Assembly (NCBI GenBank): GCA_031425655.1
Contig: JANPJS010000092.1
Span: forward strand, 1 to 46,476
Direction of reading: 5' to 3'
DNA from: Abditibacteriaceae bacterium
GTDB lineage: Bacteria; Armatimonadota; Abditibacteriia; Abditibacteriales; Abditibacteriaceae
Length of the DNA: 46,476 bases
The notes below the pieces were generated by a model. The model had not been told where the DNA came from, ran no database searches, and saw nothing but the letters and a program-made list of their open reading frames with translations. Position 1 is the stretch's first letter. Every line of letters starts with the position of its first letter. Position numbers and translations under genes: made by a program. This document shows, in pieces, positions 45,253 through 46,476 of this stretch.

Positions 45253-45864
45253 ATGTCACAAGATTCTGGAAATTACTGGCGCGGTTTGGTGACCGGCGTG
45301 TTGTTCGGCGCCGCGACGGCGCTGCTTTTGGCGCCCAAACGCGGCGAAGAAGTCCGGCAGGAAATCGCCGACAACGCTTCGCAGTGGAAAAATCGCGCGG
45401 TGGATTTGGGCACGCAAGCCGGTTCGACTGTGGCCGAAAAAGCGCACGATTTGAAAGATCGCGGGCAAGATTTGCTGGCGCAAGCCCAAAAACAGGGCGC
45501 CGATGCGCTCGAAGACGCCAAACACAAGGCTCAGGAAGTAAAAGCGCATCTCGCCGATGCTGCCGGCGATGCCAAATACAAAATGCAGGCCAAAATCGGC
45601 GAAGTGAAAGAGCAGGTGCAGGCTACAACCGAAGACGTAAAGGAAGCGGTGCAGGCAAAAGTTGAAGACGTGAAGGAAGGGGCGCAGGCCAAAATCGAGG
45701 ATTCGCCCGCGCCGGAAAAAGTGGCGGAAACCGCCGCAAAATTGGCCAAAACCGCCGACATAGCGTCCGAATCCGCATCCTCTGGTGATAACGACGCGAA
45801 GAATGACGGCGATGAGGCCAACGGAAGCAAAGGTAATGGCAAGTCGGCAAAAGCGAAAGCGTGA
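45253..45864 (+). CDS. YtxH domain-containing protein
   Basis: GLVTGVLFGAATALLLAPKRGEEVR followed by LEA-like helical repeats; GGAGGA RBS at 45241-45246. Confidence 0.88.
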   Translation: MSQDSGNYWRGLVTGVLFGAATALLLAPKRGEEVRQEIADNASQWKNRAVDLGTQAGSTVAEKAHDLKDRGQDLLAQAQKQGADALEDAKHKAQEVKAHLADAAGDAKYKMQAKIGEVKEQVQATTEDVKEAVQAKVEDVKEGAQAKIEDSPAPEKVAETAAKLAKTADIASESASSGDNDAKNDGDEANGSKGNGKSAKAKA

Positions 45865-45937
45865 TTCGACGCGCGTAGACGAGCTTACTTTCTAACCCAA
45901 GTTGCTATCTATGGCGCCTCTTGTTGCCGGGCGGCTG

Positions 45938-46012
45938 TTGATCTTTGACAAACTAATCCGCAAGCTGCAATCGAAAGAATTGCAGCTTACGGATTAGTTT
46001 GGCAAAGATCAA
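45938..46012. repeat. Long inverted repeat (34-bp arms), terminator- or MITE-like
   Basis: ttgatctttgacaaactaatccgcaagctgcaat / attgcagcttacggattagtttggcaaagatcaa, 2 mismatches. Confidence 0.8.
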
Positions 46013-46137
46013 AATGACGGAATGCCGTTCTATAAATACGCTTGCAAACGCGCTCTGACGGCTACGCAAAACCTGCTCATCGGCATAAAATTTCGAAATA
46101 AGTAGTCGGATAGAATGAGTTTAGACCCACAACAGTA

Positions 46138-46293
46138 TCATTCCGACCGGAGCGCGGGTGCCGTCAGGGCAGGAAGGAACGAACGAAGCGGGCGCCCTTT
46201 GGGCAGGGTGGAGGAATCTTGCATCTGGCCGTAATACGAGAACAAGATTCCTCGACTGCGCCGCCAAACGACCGGCGGCTCCGCTCGGAATGA
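46138..46293. repeat. GTCATTCCGAG-type palindromic repeat carrying two 20-nt micro-element copies
   Basis: tcattccgaccggagc...gaggaatcttg / caagattcctc...gctccgctcggaatga. Confidence 0.82.
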
Positions 46294-46476
46294 CACCCGC
46301 GTTGCTCTCATCTATTTTTGTCCAATTACTTACCACAATAGTCCGGTAAGAATCAAACAGCCCATTGGCCAATGTCGAGGCATTGAAGATAGGTGGTTTG
46401 GTGTTTATTCAAACTCAGGTCAAGACCTAAGTTTTGAAAAACTCTGTCGGTCCAAAGTTGGTTGGTGAAAAGCAGT

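Noticed and set aside
45938..45953. rRNA leader boxA-like sequence (tgatctttgacaa)
   Set aside because: It is one arm of a long inverted repeat, and no rRNA sequence follows within the window.
46121..46372. Short ORFs over the terminal palindrome
   Set aside because: They are translations of the repeat itself (VIPSGA...SRNL...VGM) with no support as genes.

Overview
GC-rich bacterial chromosomal window. The gene content (DUF1559/H-X9-DG prepilin-like gene, two Uma2 genes, Gld-like ABC operon, three Gfo/Idh/MocA genes) suggests Abditibacteriota/Armatimonadota; this is inference. It holds about 35 CDS: housekeeping genes (tatC, mutY, ruvC, glcD, HtrA), carbohydrate-active secreted proteins, a STAND-TPR protein, and small sporadic genes (four-helix bundle, Uma2, DUF559). 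No rRNA, tRNA, CRISPR array or transposase was seen. The strongest signal lies between and inside genes: at least ten loci of degenerate heptamer tandem repeats, mostly arranged as inverted arms at operon junctions. They occur 'empty', or 'filled' with a four-helix-bundle or Uma2 gene. They are also translated in frame, inside RuvC and as the signal peptides of three secreted proteins. Other signals are a 20-nt micro-element found only inside other palindromes (4 copies), a four-level nested repeat containing a MITE with an 11-bp target-site duplication, a DUF559 nuclease between duplicated promoter blocks, and a PilZ-TM-GH26 fusion protein.
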